From Octopus vulgaris (lineage: Eukaryota), in NCBI GenBank assembly GCA_951406725.2, contig OX597821.1, positions 53,444,001-53,508,000 on the forward strand: a stretch of DNA of 64,000 bases, given 5' to 3'. Positions 27,488-40,583 of the stretch are shown here, one piece after another (position 1 is the first letter of the stretch; each line of letters opens with the position of its first letter). The position numbers were made by a program, and so were the translations under genes. The notes under the pieces were generated by a model. That model was not told the DNA's origin and did not search any database. It saw only the letters and a program-made list of their open reading frames with translations.

Positions 27488-28108
27488 TGTATGCCATTAT
27501 TCAGTTTATTTCAAGATTTCCTGCCTATAGAGAAAGAACCGGTTTCTAACCTAGATCCAAGTCTCCTTCTTTGGAATTTCAACAACAACAGGGTATTTTT
27601 GTATGTATGTATGTATGGACAGATTTATATGCTTCATGCATGTATTCTCATGCATATAGTTGCATATCTAGACATGCTCATACATTTTTTAAATGATAAA
27701 CTTCTGGAAAGTTTTACAGATTTTTATAGTTCCAGTGAGGGATTTGATCTGTAGTCTTCGAATTAGACTTCTCTTTTCTGGTTTTGAGACGCCTAAGTTC
27801 TCAAGATTGGTATTTAGGCAATGTGGTACATATCCCAGGGGCCCAATAATTACTGGTATTAACCCGAACTTGGAATCTGGATAGAGCAACTGCAGATTTC
27901 TCAATAGTTCAGCATAGGTGTTCATTTTCTCACTGATCTTCAGCTTTACGTTAACATCCGCTGGGCAGTTGTACTTAAATTTTATTCAGCTCTTCACTGG
28001 GACATTCAACCAGTATTCATCATTATTATGAGTGGCTATGGTTGCTACCATAATTCGGGTTCTTATTTCTTTGTCCTCGGAATTATCCTTCCGACGGATT
28101 TCATTATG
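27488..28108 (-). mobile_element. 5'-truncated R4/Dong-like (RLE clade) LINE: endonuclease C-terminus plus 3' UTR
   Basis: HNEIRRKD..EYWLNVPVK..CPADVNVKLKISEKMNTYAELLRNLQLLYP..IPVIIGPLGYVP..LENLG..LQIKSLTGTIKICKTFQKFII*; UTR shared with 7578-7890. Confidence 0.87.
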
Positions 28109-28211
28109 TATGCATGTATACATGTATGTATGTAATTATGTATGTATGTGTGTCTTTGTGTATGTATATGTGTATATATACGGGTACATATATGTATATA
28201 TATATATATAT

Positions 28212-29018
28212 ATATGCACAATAGTGTCAGAACAAAATACCAGGAACTTTAGACTGCAAGAACTCAAAAACACCCTAATTGACAGACATTACCCAGCTCA
28301 ACTCATAGAGGATGGGATCAGACGTGCAACAGAAATCAACATAGAAACTTTAAGAAAAGTTCAACACAACAACACACCTTCCCCGAAAATACTACCTTAC
28401 ATATCTACATACAACCCCAGAAACAAAGAAGCCTTCACCATCATCACCCAGAATTTACCAATACTTCATAAAAACCCAAAATTAAAGGAAATTCTAAACA
28501 TACACCAAATCATTAAAAGCTACAAACAGCCTAAATCACTTAAAAAGATTCTCACAAAGGCAAAATTGTCTTCTAAAATTACGGATGCAAAAGTTAAAAA
28601 ATGTGGTAGATCGAACTGTGCAACATGTCCTAACCTATTGGAAGGATCAGAATTCTTCTTTAAAGAGGGACAGAAATTTAAGATCAAATCTAACTTTACT
28701 TGTGCCTCTGAAAACATAATTTATGTTATTAAATGCTCGGGCTGCCACCAAGACTACGTGGGTTCCACGGGACTATCACTCAGGCGCAGATGCACACTGC
28801 ATCGACAACAGATTGCATTCCCAGAATATAGAATGATACCTTTTAGTGAGCATATTGAGAAATGCGCAAAGCAACTACTGCCACAATTTTTAATCTTCCC
28901 ATTTTACCAATGTGTTTTCGGATCATCAACACAAATGAGACTGAACAAGGAAACATTCTTCATTGAAAAGTACAAACCCAGACTCAACCATCCGAACATA
29001 CTGACACAGAGAAATTAA
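28212..29018 (+). CDS. 5'-truncated Penelope-like element ORF (Neptune-type): RT C-terminus, Cys linker and GIY-YIG endonuclease
   Basis: Open frame ICTIVS..L..RHYP..LPYISTYNP..YKQPKSLKKIL..CGRSNCATC..FTCASENIIYVIKCSGCHQDYVGST..LRRRCTLH..FSEH..RLNKETFFIEKYKPRLN. The ORF-track start (28032) upstream is LINE/microsatellite read-through. Element continues to (TA)n at ~29236. Confidence 0.92.
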   Translation: MCTIVSEQNTRNFRLQELKNTLIDRHYPAQLIEDGIRRATEINIETLRKVQHNNTPSPKILPYISTYNPRNKEAFTIITQNLPILHKNPKLKEILNIHQIIKSYKQPKSLKKILTKAKLSSKITDAKVKKCGRSNCATCPNLLEGSEFFFKEGQKFKIKSNFTCASENIIYVIKCSGCHQDYVGSTGLSLRRRCTLHRQQIAFPEYRMIPFSEHIEKCAKQLLPQFLIFPFYQCVFGSSTQMRLNKETFFIEKYKPRLNHPNILTQRN

Positions 29019-29233
29019 CAAGGAAAAGGGAAAGAAAATTTTAAGCGATTATCTCCCCTACACCGGAAAAAATCACTCACTACCTCCCCTTATTTAGAAA
29101 TCTCCTTTAAAATTATGTCATTTTAAGGAAAGGGAAAAAAAAATTTTTGCAATATTCTCCAGACATTTTGACACAAATATATATATTTTTTAACATTTAA
29201 GCCTTCTGTCGTTTTTTCACACTTTACTATTTT

Positions 29234-29291
<58 letters not shown>

Positions 29292-30724
29292 AGTTTGTGG
29301 TGTGTGTGTACACATAAATATAGAGCATAACCATTATATTCGCTATGTTCACTATGTTTTATGATATTTCCATACTGTTTCCTTCATTTTGCGTTAAACA
29401 TACAACCTGTATAAACATATATAAGGTAATGTTTTGCCATTTTCATATAAGAGGGAACGTTTATATAGATACGTTTTTCGTCTTAATTGCTGTCTATAGT
29501 TCTGATATTAAATGCACATTGAAGATAATAATTTTATATAATCCAATTCTCAATTTCTTCTATACGTTATTCTATCAAACTCTTGATATTGATAAGACTT
29601 CAATTCAAATAATTACATTATCTCCATTTGTACATTTACCTAAAGAAAGATCGATTTTGTGATAATATATAAATACAATAACATTTTCCTTAGAAATATT
29701 AATTTAAGCATTACGCATAAAATTTTACTAATATGTTTAGAATTAATGCATTTATTTTTGTTATTTCGTTTGTTCGTATTAGAATATGAAATAGTAAATT
29801 ACCATTCCCTTAAACGTTCGAAATATCTCCCATCTTTATAATTCGAGGTAGGATGCAACTAAAGCGCATCCAATTGTTTACTATATTCAGTTATACAATA
29901 GATAACTAGTCCGTTTAACATGTATAATCTCCAATTATTATATCAAATTTATGACAAATACTGCTCCCAATATACATATATATTAGATACACCCAGGAAC
30001 AAAAGTGGTCCTGGCACATATATACAGACATACATAGGCCAACTTACACCCACACAAACACCTACATACATATTTTAACTCATGGTTACTTACTAAAAGA
30101 TAAAGACAAAAAAATGAGTGCTCGGTCATAAATATGTGTTCTGGTTTTCGCTTGTTTCTTGATGTGCATACATTTGCTTACGTGCAGGTGTGTGTATGTA
30201 TTTTTAGTGCGCTACTACTTGTTGCATTTGATGGAAATTCCCTGTCTGCTACAATTATTCGCTCTAATGTACGACAAGCAGAACTCAAATAGATTTTGAG
30301 TTAAGAATCCCAGTTCCAAATTGATTGATCACTTTCGTAATTAGGAAGATAAAAAAAACGGTATATTTGAAATTCTGCAATAACCTGCCAATTCAATTTA
30401 ATAAGGTTTTGAATGGTGTTATCGTACAGTGGTTTCCTCGTTGACATAAATAGTTACCGAAATATTGTAGGTTTCTGTGTTTAATTCTACAACGTGTGTG
30501 AAAAACAGTTAATCAAATTGGATTACAGAAAAGTATATGTAACTATTAGAAGACCTATAGACATTAGACAATTTTAGCATTAACGTACCTCTAAAACAGC
30601 TTTACAAGAACAATTCCTCTTGTGTGAAACATTTTCCTTGGAAATAAGTACATATATATGGATGTGTGTGTGTGTGCGTGTCTGTGTGTGTACATATATG
30701 TAGATATCTGTATATCTGTGTGCT

Positions 30725-30960
30725 GAAAGTGCGTGACGTAGCGGTTAAGGTGTTGCGCTAAATTATGTGTTTCATTCCCGATGAGTTTTGTTCTTGAGCA
30801 AAACACTTCATTTCACGTTGCTCCAGTTGAGTAACCCAACGATGGGGGAAGGTTGGCCTGTTCGCCTAGCCAGCGGGGTGGCTTCATTCAAACATTAAAA
30901 CAACGTTAAGCTCATTGGGATCAGCGATGTATAATAACATCCTGTAGTCTTGTCAATACC
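30725..30960 (+). mobile_element. tRNA-derived CORE-like SINE, decayed
   Basis: GTAGCGGTTAAGGTGTTG head and TTCTTGAGCAAAACACTTCATTTCACGTTGCTCCAG core as in 49514-49760. Confidence 0.7.
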
Positions 30961-33240
30961 GAAATATGTATATATAGAATATATGTATATATAAGTCTGT
31001 GGGATCACCATTGTAAAACATCACTATAAACAAGTAATTCAGTGTAAGCTCTTAATCTGGTTGAGTAGTTTTACGTGTTTCGATTCCTAAGAGGATATTA
31101 TATAGAAATAGGCAACGATGAGGAAGTTCCTTAGCGGCTACAAGTAGCTTGTAACTATTTATCAGCAGCTTCAACAAGTTTCTAATACAAATGCACTTGT
31201 GAGTTTCTAGTTTGGTGTAGATATTTCTATACTAATCAGTTCCATTTTCCAATATTTCCTCGTAGAATATGTCTTCACCAAGCTATTGCATCACTCCTAA
31301 TTGCAATATATTCAAACGGATAAATTTCAAAGCCTAGGAACTATGATGGGTTGGAATGTTAGAAGATGCAAACATGTAATGGAATACTGTCATATTCTAT
31401 CTTGTTGAAATTTATAAATACACGTATTCGGCTTTCCACATGAAGCACATGACAAACACATTTTCTGTTAAGAGCATTAGATTTGCTCGAGTCAATAACG
31501 ATGCCGTTTAAACAGAAATAATAACCTGAGAGAGATTACGATAATAGTTGCATGATTTTTCTGTCATTTTGTTAGCAAAGATTTATTCTTTTACAAAATA
31601 ATCTTTATATAAGCATATAAGTAACGCTCAGTCGCATACTCACACGTAGTGTGAGTGGAAAAAATGGGCAAGTTCTATTTTAATCATTTGCAAAGACATT
31701 TTTTAAACATGTGATTTATTTGGAGTATAACAGCTTAAAAGTCTACCATGAGCCTAGAGACTCATAAGTCGAACGTTATTCAGATGCGTTTTGGCTGACT
31801 GAACTGGACCCACATCGAAAACTATCTTATTCTACCACAGGAATACCTTCCATATATCCCTGGTCCTAATTTTTGGAGGATTATATTTCAGTAGTATGAA
31901 ACGAATTACCGTGCGAAATGAAACGATACGAACCCTGCTCCGGGAAACAAACCCAAGAGATAACAACCGTGAGCCATACTTCCTCACCCTTGTACCACTC
32001 ACCTTCATATTTCAAAGTGCAATATTACTGAATCGGTCTTCAGCTTTTCTAGTATTTATGCTTTCAAAGTCTAATTTTAGAATGAATTGATGCTGGTTTG
32101 CATTTCTCTCTCTATATGTCATAGCTACTTTCAATGTAATTACTGAAGACATCAACGTAGGCCATTCTTAATCAAAGTTGAGAATTACAGTGGCAAAAAC
32201 ACGGAGTACTTCAAGGTTCTTTGTAAGTGAATCCGAACTTGGCAACGGAACAAAGAAGGTTGTATAAAAATATGAGCATACAATACATTCTATGCATGTA
32301 GACGTTACACTCCTCGTATACGACAAACAAGACACACCGAGAAAATAAAGGGGGTCTTTAGGAATACCCATACTAAAATTCGACATCCATAGTAGTGGTA
32401 CAGTGAATACATTTAAAATATTTAGACAGAATATATGATAAAACATCGTATTTTGGCAGCAAAAATAGAAAGAAATGCAAGCACTAGGAGGTCGACAATG
32501 AAGGATACGAAGTGTTGTTGGGGAAATCTTTATTGAGGAGAAACTTGAGATTATTCTCTATAACAGGCGCAAATAAAAGAGATCTCAAAATTAAGTCAAA
32601 CATTATTTCAGCAACGAATATTCTAACAAGTAATAAAATAATCCACAGAACGGTACAAATAGAATGGAACGAATACATCAAGGACTACATAGCATTAGAA
32701 ATATAAACATAGCCAAGCGTAATGTATTATGTGAATCTAACGCACTATATTAATAAACCCATGTATACGAACACAAAATAGATTAATAAATAAAAAAATA
32801 ACACGTGAAAAACATTAGAATTATATGTCATAGCAAATTACAAATATAAATTGTCCCAAACATGACCAGCACGATTTCAAATTTGAAAGATGAAACTTCA
32901 CGATTCAGAATAATAAATTGTGCTTTACAAGTCGTAACATAAATCCAGTACATAAAATGACATAAAGCGAAACTAAATATGAAATTATTATTGAACGTCA
33001 CATCTATGCACAAGGGAATTGCCCATAAAATAACTGACTGAATTAAAACTCATAGTACGCGTCAGTTCTCAAATATCACGCAAAGATACACTAGTCATAA
33101 AAAAAATCAATTTATGATCTATAAATCTAAGTGTAAAATTTCCAATTCACCTGTAAGACACACGTATGTATGTATGTATGTATGTATGTATGTATGTATG
33201 TATGTATGTATATACACTTATACACACGTGTTTATACGTT

Positions 33241-33272
<32 letters not shown>

Positions 33273-33372
33273 TACATACACACATGTATGCTTACATACA
33301 CACACATACACACATATTCTTTTATTCTTGTAGTCATTTCAGCTATGCGGTTATGGTTATGCTGAAACACCA

Positions 33373-33434
<62 letters not shown>

Positions 33435-35742
33435 GCACATACATATATAAATAATTTCATCTGACTGAGTGTATAGTGCTTTTTCACATATCCTTTAGTG
33501 TAAATTCTGCATGCTCAGTTTGACTAGTCTTAAAAAAATAATTCTGTTGGCAAAATTCACAGTCATTTAGTAGTTTTATTGATGCGTTAACCATGTGCAA
33601 TCTATCCTGATAAAATAAGGACTTATCACTTACACCCAATTGCACAATTAAATTAATGTTTCTTATTTTCCTAATTAATGGAATTGCTCGTGCAAGAAAT
33701 TGTAGTCTGCGATGAGTTCTCGATTATGGTTGTCTAATTACTCTTCTTTCGCATGATAGAATTCAGAGCTTCAAATTCTCCTTCAATCGCTGCTCTCGAA
33801 TGACTTGCATTCAATAAAGAAATGTATATTTAAGATATTAACCAGCTTCGTGATAAATTGTGTTGTAATCTGCAAGTTTATCAGTATTTATGATTACATT
33901 TTGTTTGCAGTTATTCAACAACTGTCTCTGATTTCACATTTCTCATTTAATCTTATTCTCCAACAGTATTTCTTTTGCTTTATGCCATTAATACTTTATT
34001 GAGCCAATATTATCTTTAACGATTATATATCCCCTCTGGCTTAATTTTCTACCCGTAATAACACATAATTAAGATAATATTTTTTAATGTTAGCATTACT
34101 ATTCCATAAAATGTGTAGTATAACTGTAGATTGAATTTTATCGCTCTTTGTAACGAAGGGCAACATCACAATTCTTTTAATTGCAAAAAGTTAACATTAA
34201 CAGGATGGCGTTAATCTCTAGTTAAAACATTAGCACTAATTGAACTTATTACAAACGTCTTAACTAGCAATGAATACAAATTCAAATTTTAGACATTTTC
34301 ATATACAAATATTTGCGCCGTTTAAGTTCGCAGATTTTAACAAAAATGGAAGTTATTTGATATAAGCGTATATGATATTTCAGCACAGTACGCAAGTTGT
34401 GAATGCTGGAGTAAAGAATAATAATTTTAATATTGATTCATATTTATGGCCGTTTGCGCTTCTCAGTAGCTTACTCCGAGTCTGCTGTTACATTTTGTCT
34501 GAATTGATAGAATAACTATCACTCCACCCGAGGATATACGTCGCTTTTAGTGAACAAAAGTAAAAAAAAATTGCGTATGTGTTCAAAAATCCCAATTGTA
34601 GCACACGGTACATTGCAAAATCAAATTCCAGCAAGCTCAAATTCCACTTCTATTCTTTAATAAATTATTAGTTAACTAATTAGATCAGTTTAAATATATA
34701 CATCTTCTCATTCACTGTTTGGTGTAGTGTTACAACGCATTCTTTTTCTCTGTCTCTTTCTCTCACGCACACACGCCCCCCCAAAATATGTGTTTGTGTT
34801 TGCATGTGGGAGTCATGCTTTTGTCTAACTCTATTTCTATTTCCATCGAATCTATGCGATCCAAAGATTAATAATACTAGATTATATAAAAGCCAAATTA
34901 GGTTATCTTAAAGGAATTGAGGTATAAAGAAACTTATTGTCGTTTAATTTATCTTTCCTTGTCATATATGACTGATATTATATTTACAATTCCACGCACT
35001 TCCATTCGTTTTTATGTTTTTAGTTTTATTTGTTTCTTTACAAACTAAAATGTGAAAGGATGAAGGTGCGGAAGTTGCATCTTTATATTTACCAAGAACG
35101 TTTTATTTGTTTCCTTATAAACTTATTTAATATTGTATTTTGCTATTACTATATGACTTTCACAGAATTCTATACTGTGTTTGGTAACGTTGTTTCTAAT
35201 TCTCGAATGTTATTGTTATTTCCCAACCATACAAGCGAACAAACACGGTTATACAATACTAAAACTCTATTATTCTAATGTGTCTTTATAAACTGTTTCT
35301 TTTCACCTTAGTGTTAAAAACGAATTACTGCAGTGTCTGGGTAGCGTTAAGTACCAAACATAATGAATTTATCGCTCAAGCAACTTTACATTCAAAATGT
35401 TCTTGGTAAACAGAAGGATGCAACTTCCACACCTACGTCCTTTCACATTATTGTTATTCTCTGAAAGCCTTATCCATAAAAAGAAATGTCTGTGCTGCAT
35501 GTAAATACCTTTAAGCTTGATTGATAGAGATCAAAACAGTATCACGAATCAGATCACGAAATGAATGCGAGAAGCGATTGCACTTTTAGGAAAAGAAAGA
35601 TAATTCTGCAAAGTGTACGATATCTAAATTACTGCTCTTTTTTAAACTTGAGTCAGCTCTGTTCAAAAAGACCTATAATGATCAGTCACTCTAGCTGTGA
35701 ACATATTGGTTTGATACATTACAAATGTATTTGGATATAATA

Positions 35743-35883
35743 TTAGGTTGTCCCAAAAGTTCGTAAACACTTGCAAAAATTGAATTTTTACTCGCCAAGT
35801 ACTAACAAAAACAACAAAAGTTATTCCTCAAAATAAAGACCATTATTTTCCAAGACTTTCTACGAACTTTTGGGACAACCTTA
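35743..35883. mobile_element. Mariner-type MITE (~141 bp)
   Basis: Perfect 21-bp inverted ends AGGTTGTCCCAAAAGTTCGTA / TACGAACTTTTGGGACAACCT, TA on both flanks. Confidence 0.92.
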
Positions 35884-35977
35884 TAAATGGAAAAGAATGA
35901 AATGGAGGATTTTAGATAAATATGACACATTAATTTCAGCTTACCCAAAGAAATGGAAAAAAACAATATTATCTTCA

Positions 35978-36423
35978 AATTTTGGCACCAGGCCGCCAAT
36001 TTCAGGTGAATGAGTAAGTCGATTACGTTGAACCCCACGGCTCAACTAATACTTATTTTATATTGTCTGAAAGAATGAACAGAAAAGCTGATATCGGCGG
36101 AATTTTAGCTCAATGTAAAGACGAACTAAATACCTATTTCTTTACTACCCACAAGGGGCTAAACACATAGAGGACAAACAAGGACAGACAAACGGATTAT
36201 GTCGATTACATCGACCCCAGTGCGTAACTGGTACTTATTTAATCGACCCCGAAAGGATGAAAGGCAAAGTCGACCTCGGCGGAATTTGAACTCAGAACGT
36301 AACGGCAGACGAAATACGGCTGCGCATTTCACCCGGCGTGCTAACGTTTCTGCCAGCTCGACGAACTAAATACCGGTAGGCATTTTGTTCGGCGTGGAAA
36401 CGATGCCGCCAGCTCACTGGCTT
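35978..36423 (-). mobile_element. Old family B SINE with a young B copy nested at 36135-36359
   Basis: Inner copy flanked by 15-bp TSD GACGAACTAAATACC (36120-36134, 36360-36374). Confidence 0.9.
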
Positions 36424-36542
36424 AACGGAAATTATGACATTGAAACTCAAATATTAACTGCGTCGATGTATTGAACTGAAAGAATTTATTTTGTACATAT
36501 GACTTGGTATGGTACCTTTGTACTTTTATCTCTTGAAACCAA

Positions 36543-36720
36543 GTGCAGGCCTGGCTGTGTTTTAAAAAATCTGCTTTTGGGTTTAATCCCATTGTGTTGT
36601 CCCTCATCAGGCGTCTTCTAACATAACCTCGGCCTGACTAAAGCCTTATGAGTGGATCTGATAGACTGATACTCAAAAAAAGCTCATCGTATATATATGT
36701 GTGAGTGTGTTTGTGTGTGC
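36543..36720 (+). mobile_element. Family A SINE, decayed
   Basis: GTGCAGGCCTGGCTGTG head, CCTCGGCCTGACTAAAGCCTTATGAGTGGAT. Confidence 0.65.
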
Positions 36721-37290
36721 GCGTGTGTGTCTGTGCGTTTGTGCTTGTATGTGTGTATGTCTGTAGGTGTGTGCGTGCGTTTTCCTCTGTCTTACCGTAT
36801 ACGATTTTATCGATATTCATACACATTTAAATAGATGTATATATATATACATAAATGCTTGTATCTTTTTACACCAACATATACCACGTCGATTAATGCG
36901 AGCAGTAACTTCAGCACGACCATCGCTGTTTTAGATTATTTCAATTAAACTTCTTCGATTCGTATTTAGACTGGAAATATAATAAAAGAATTCTACGTAA
37001 GTTCTTTTCTTTATAGATAGTTAAATATCCTGAATGTTCATGCACCAATATCACTGATAAAAGAGAAGATCCGCGTGGTCTTTCATTGGCCTCTCTCTTA
37101 TTTGCGATGTTAAAATATGAACTTTCTGAATATCTGTCTAAGAACGACTACCATGTCGTTTTTCTTCATTTCTAGTTTTTTCCGTTTAATTATATGTATT
37201 GACTTCTGTATAACAATTTTATAAATGCCATTAAAAACTACCATTCCATCTTTTAACTTATACATACGTATATGTGTATATACATTTATG

Positions 37291-37663
37291 GGAGATGCAA
37301 TGGCCCAGGACAGCGGACTCGCGGTCGTAGCATCACGGTTTCGATTCTCAGACCGGCCGTAGTTAGTGTTTATTGAGCAAAAACATCTAAAGATCCCCGA
37401 AGCTCCGGCAGTGGGTGGTGACAAACCCTGCTGTACTCTTTCACCACAACTTTCTCTCACATTTTCTTCCTGTCTCTGTTGTCTTTCTATTTCAAAGGGT
37501 CAGCCTTGTCACACTGCGTGTCACGCTGAATCTCCCCGAGAACTACGTTAAGTTTACATGTATCTGTAGAGTGCTCAGGCACTTGCACGTTAATTTCACG
37601 AGCAGGCTGTTTCGTTGATAGGATGAAATGGAACCCTTGTCGTCGTAACCGATGGAGTGCTAC
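37291..37663 (+). mobile_element. tRNA-derived SINE, family C
   Basis: GGAGATGCAATGGCCCAG...GGTTTCGATTCTCAGACC head; tail GCACTTGCACGTTAATTTCACGAGCAGGCTG shared with 49022-49288. Confidence 0.85.
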
Positions 37664-38164
37664 GATATACATATATCTGTATGTATATGTATGCGTATGT
37701 GTAATGGATTTACCAGTATCTTGTATGTCATTCATCACAGTAGTATAATGCTTAACAATACAGTGTAGTTAATTAGGATGCAATTTAGTTTTCCTTGTTG
37801 GTAATTGTCTATGATCAAAGGAGTCCCTTTATAGACATTGTGTCTTTTAAAGAGTAGCAACATGTACATTATCTTATGTTCAACTTCGTCTTTTATAAGA
37901 CAGCTTTCGCAATTCCAATAAACAGACAAATTCACTTATGTCGGCTGAAGGGAGCAGAGATGAAGTAAATTGTAAAATAATCTGTTAAAACCGTGGCTGA
38001 TGCAGTACAAAACAACGTTTAATGATGATGTCATATCAGTATTTTCTGGTTGAAGAGTTGTAACAGATTCTATAACAATATATAGCACTACTTTGAGTTA
38101 TTCTTCTATTTCAAAGTGGAGTACGTTGTCAAATACATTTTCAATATCTTCTAGGGAATGATAT

Positions 38165-38530
38165 GCCTGTGAGGTTGAAAAGTTGGTTTGACAGCCATGT
38201 GTTTCAGGTTCAGTCAGTTGGGTGGCATCTAGGCAATTTGCTTAAACGGTAGCTCTGATTTCATCAATGCCCTGATAGTGAATTAGGTTAACGGAAAATG
38301 TGTGAAAATACGTAGCTTATAGGTTTGTGTGTATGTGCATGCTTGTGTACCCTTCCTTGACAACCATTTGTGATCCTTTGTGATCCTTTAGCTCAGCGAT
38401 TCGCCTCCGAGGCTGAAATAATATAAGTGCTAACCTAACAAAATATACACATAGTGATTTGATCGAAAAAAAATCTTTCAACTACGCTGACTCTGTCTGA
38501 TCACACTCTAATCAAGGAAACATGTCATAG
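38165..38530 (+). mobile_element. Family A SINE, strongly decayed
   Basis: Colinear remnants (CAGGTTCAGTC, ACGGAAAATGTGTGAAAA, CCTTGACAACC, ATAAGTGCTA). Confidence 0.55.
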
Positions 38531-39986
38531 AAATAAAACAATAAAAGAATGGTCTTTTTAAAATAAACACTTTTAGTGTAACATTAATATGACTGATTCT
38601 TATGAATGATCTGAATAAGTTTACTGGGATAATTAATGTAACTTCTTCATATCAAACTTCTTGAAAAATATTTTATAGTTTCATTTTTTAATCACAAATA
38701 ATTGTTTTCCAGTTTTCTTCTATGCACTCTTATATTTTACTTATGCAGGGAATCGTACTTGGAATATATTAGTTAACATGAGAGTGTATCTACAACTTAA
38801 TCTAAATATCTTAAGTAACAAATTGTTTTAGTAATTCAGTGAATAAACCTATTTTGAGTCCAGCCATTTAAAAACATACGTATGTGAATGTTATATGGTA
38901 TGTTGGTTATATCTATATGTAAGTCATATATGAATTGAATTATATGTTAAGATGACAAAGATTATTAAAATTTGCCTTTATAAAATAGATGCTATACATT
39001 GCTTGTAACTCTTTCACTGATAAATTATTTCATAATGTATGCTACAGATAAAGAATTGTTATTATTTCCTAAAACGTACCAATTCTGAGTTTTAACACAT
39101 TTATAATGTGTTACGTTTAACACCATATTATCTCATTATCTTCAGAATTTCAGAAAAGAAAGCGCAATACATGGCGTAAGGTGGCGACTCATTTGATATA
39201 GTTTGAATTAGGAATGATTATAATTCTGTTGATGGTGACAATGAGCGTTCAGTTTGACGTGTTTTCGTTTACTTGCCATTGATATATCTACGAGAAGTTA
39301 ATGTGTAACAAACAGTTGGCGATTGGGAAAGTATGTTAGGATGTGTATGAGAGATATAAACATCGTGAGATCTGGACCGAGAAGTGATTCGTCATCGTAT
39401 ATTACAATGAAGTGGATTAAAAATTAACTTTGGATGTATGAAATGGCGTATAGGAAAGCAAGGATCAGAGAGACAAGATGAAAGAGTGAGAGATGGTGAC
39501 AGGCAGACATAATCACTTAGATGTAGAAACTGCTCAGGAAATAGAAAATACATAGAACGCTTGGTAAGTTTCAAAACCAACAACATTGCAGTCTCCCAAA
39601 AATGTCAAATTCAAGAACGGAATGAATACATCGGTTCAACAGATGTATATCACAAACAACGAGACCAGATAACCTGTGACGACGTCAGTGACTTGGATAG
39701 TATAAGATTTATAATAATAAAGGCGATAATGTAGAATTTGACTAGACAAATAATAGGACCTTCTTAGAATAAGGAAACCAAGACTTTGCATATATTGAGA
39801 TTTAGAAATCTAATATTAATTGAATGAGCAGTATAAAATTAAATAATAGTAATAAACACAAACTGTTATATATATATAGTCAGTTCAGTTAGGTACTTAA
39901 ATTGAAGCACCAAGTCAGTGCGGTATTATCCGTACAGCTCAAAGTAAGGTGAATAAAATCAAGATAAACAATAGGATATCAAAGAG

Positions 39987-40078
39987 TTATGCAGTACGAC
40001 CGTTTCAATCAGCTCTATTTAATTGAAAAATGGAATCATTACATCAATTTAAATGCAGGGCTATCCTCAGCTGCACAA
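39987..40078 (-). ncRNA. Type I hammerhead ribozyme motif
   Basis: Reverse complement TTGTGCAG-CTGAGGA-[57-nt stem II domain with AGCCCT/AGAGCT and ATTTAAATTGA/TCAATTAAAT]-GAAA-CGGTCG-TA-CTGCATAA; base of stem II imperfect. Confidence 0.72.
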
Positions 40079-40371
40079 ATAAATAGAATCTTAATCAGTC
40101 GGACACATTAATATAATTTTACTCAAATACTCTAATAGAGCAAGAAGATTTTAAAAAATCCATGTTGTCGCAATTGTAGCTAAGAATATACTACACGTCC
40201 AAGAAATGTATGAAGTTTGTTGGGTGCATAGCTTCTAAAACATTGACGATCATTTTTAATTTATTAGTCTTTTTATCAACTATAAAATCTAAAACAAATA
40301 AATACACACGCATATATTTATACACACACATAAATGCACATAGGCCCACATAAATACACAGACACATAAAC

Positions 40372-40583
40372 ATGCACACGCACATAAATTTATTCACACT
40401 GACACACACATACACACATAGCACAGACACACACAGTTTCCATTTACTAAATCTGCTCACAAGAATTTGGTCGGTCCGAGGTTATAGTCGAACTCTCTTG
40501 CCCAGGTTGCCATGCAGTGAGACTGAACCCGGAAGTATGTGGTTGGGAAGCAAGCTTCTTACGTCGCAGCCACACCTGCGCCT
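40372..40583 (-). mobile_element. Family A SINE, 5' half
   Basis: Reverse complement AGGCGCAGGTGTGGCTGCGACGTAAGAAGCTTGCTTCCCAACC. Confidence 0.85.
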
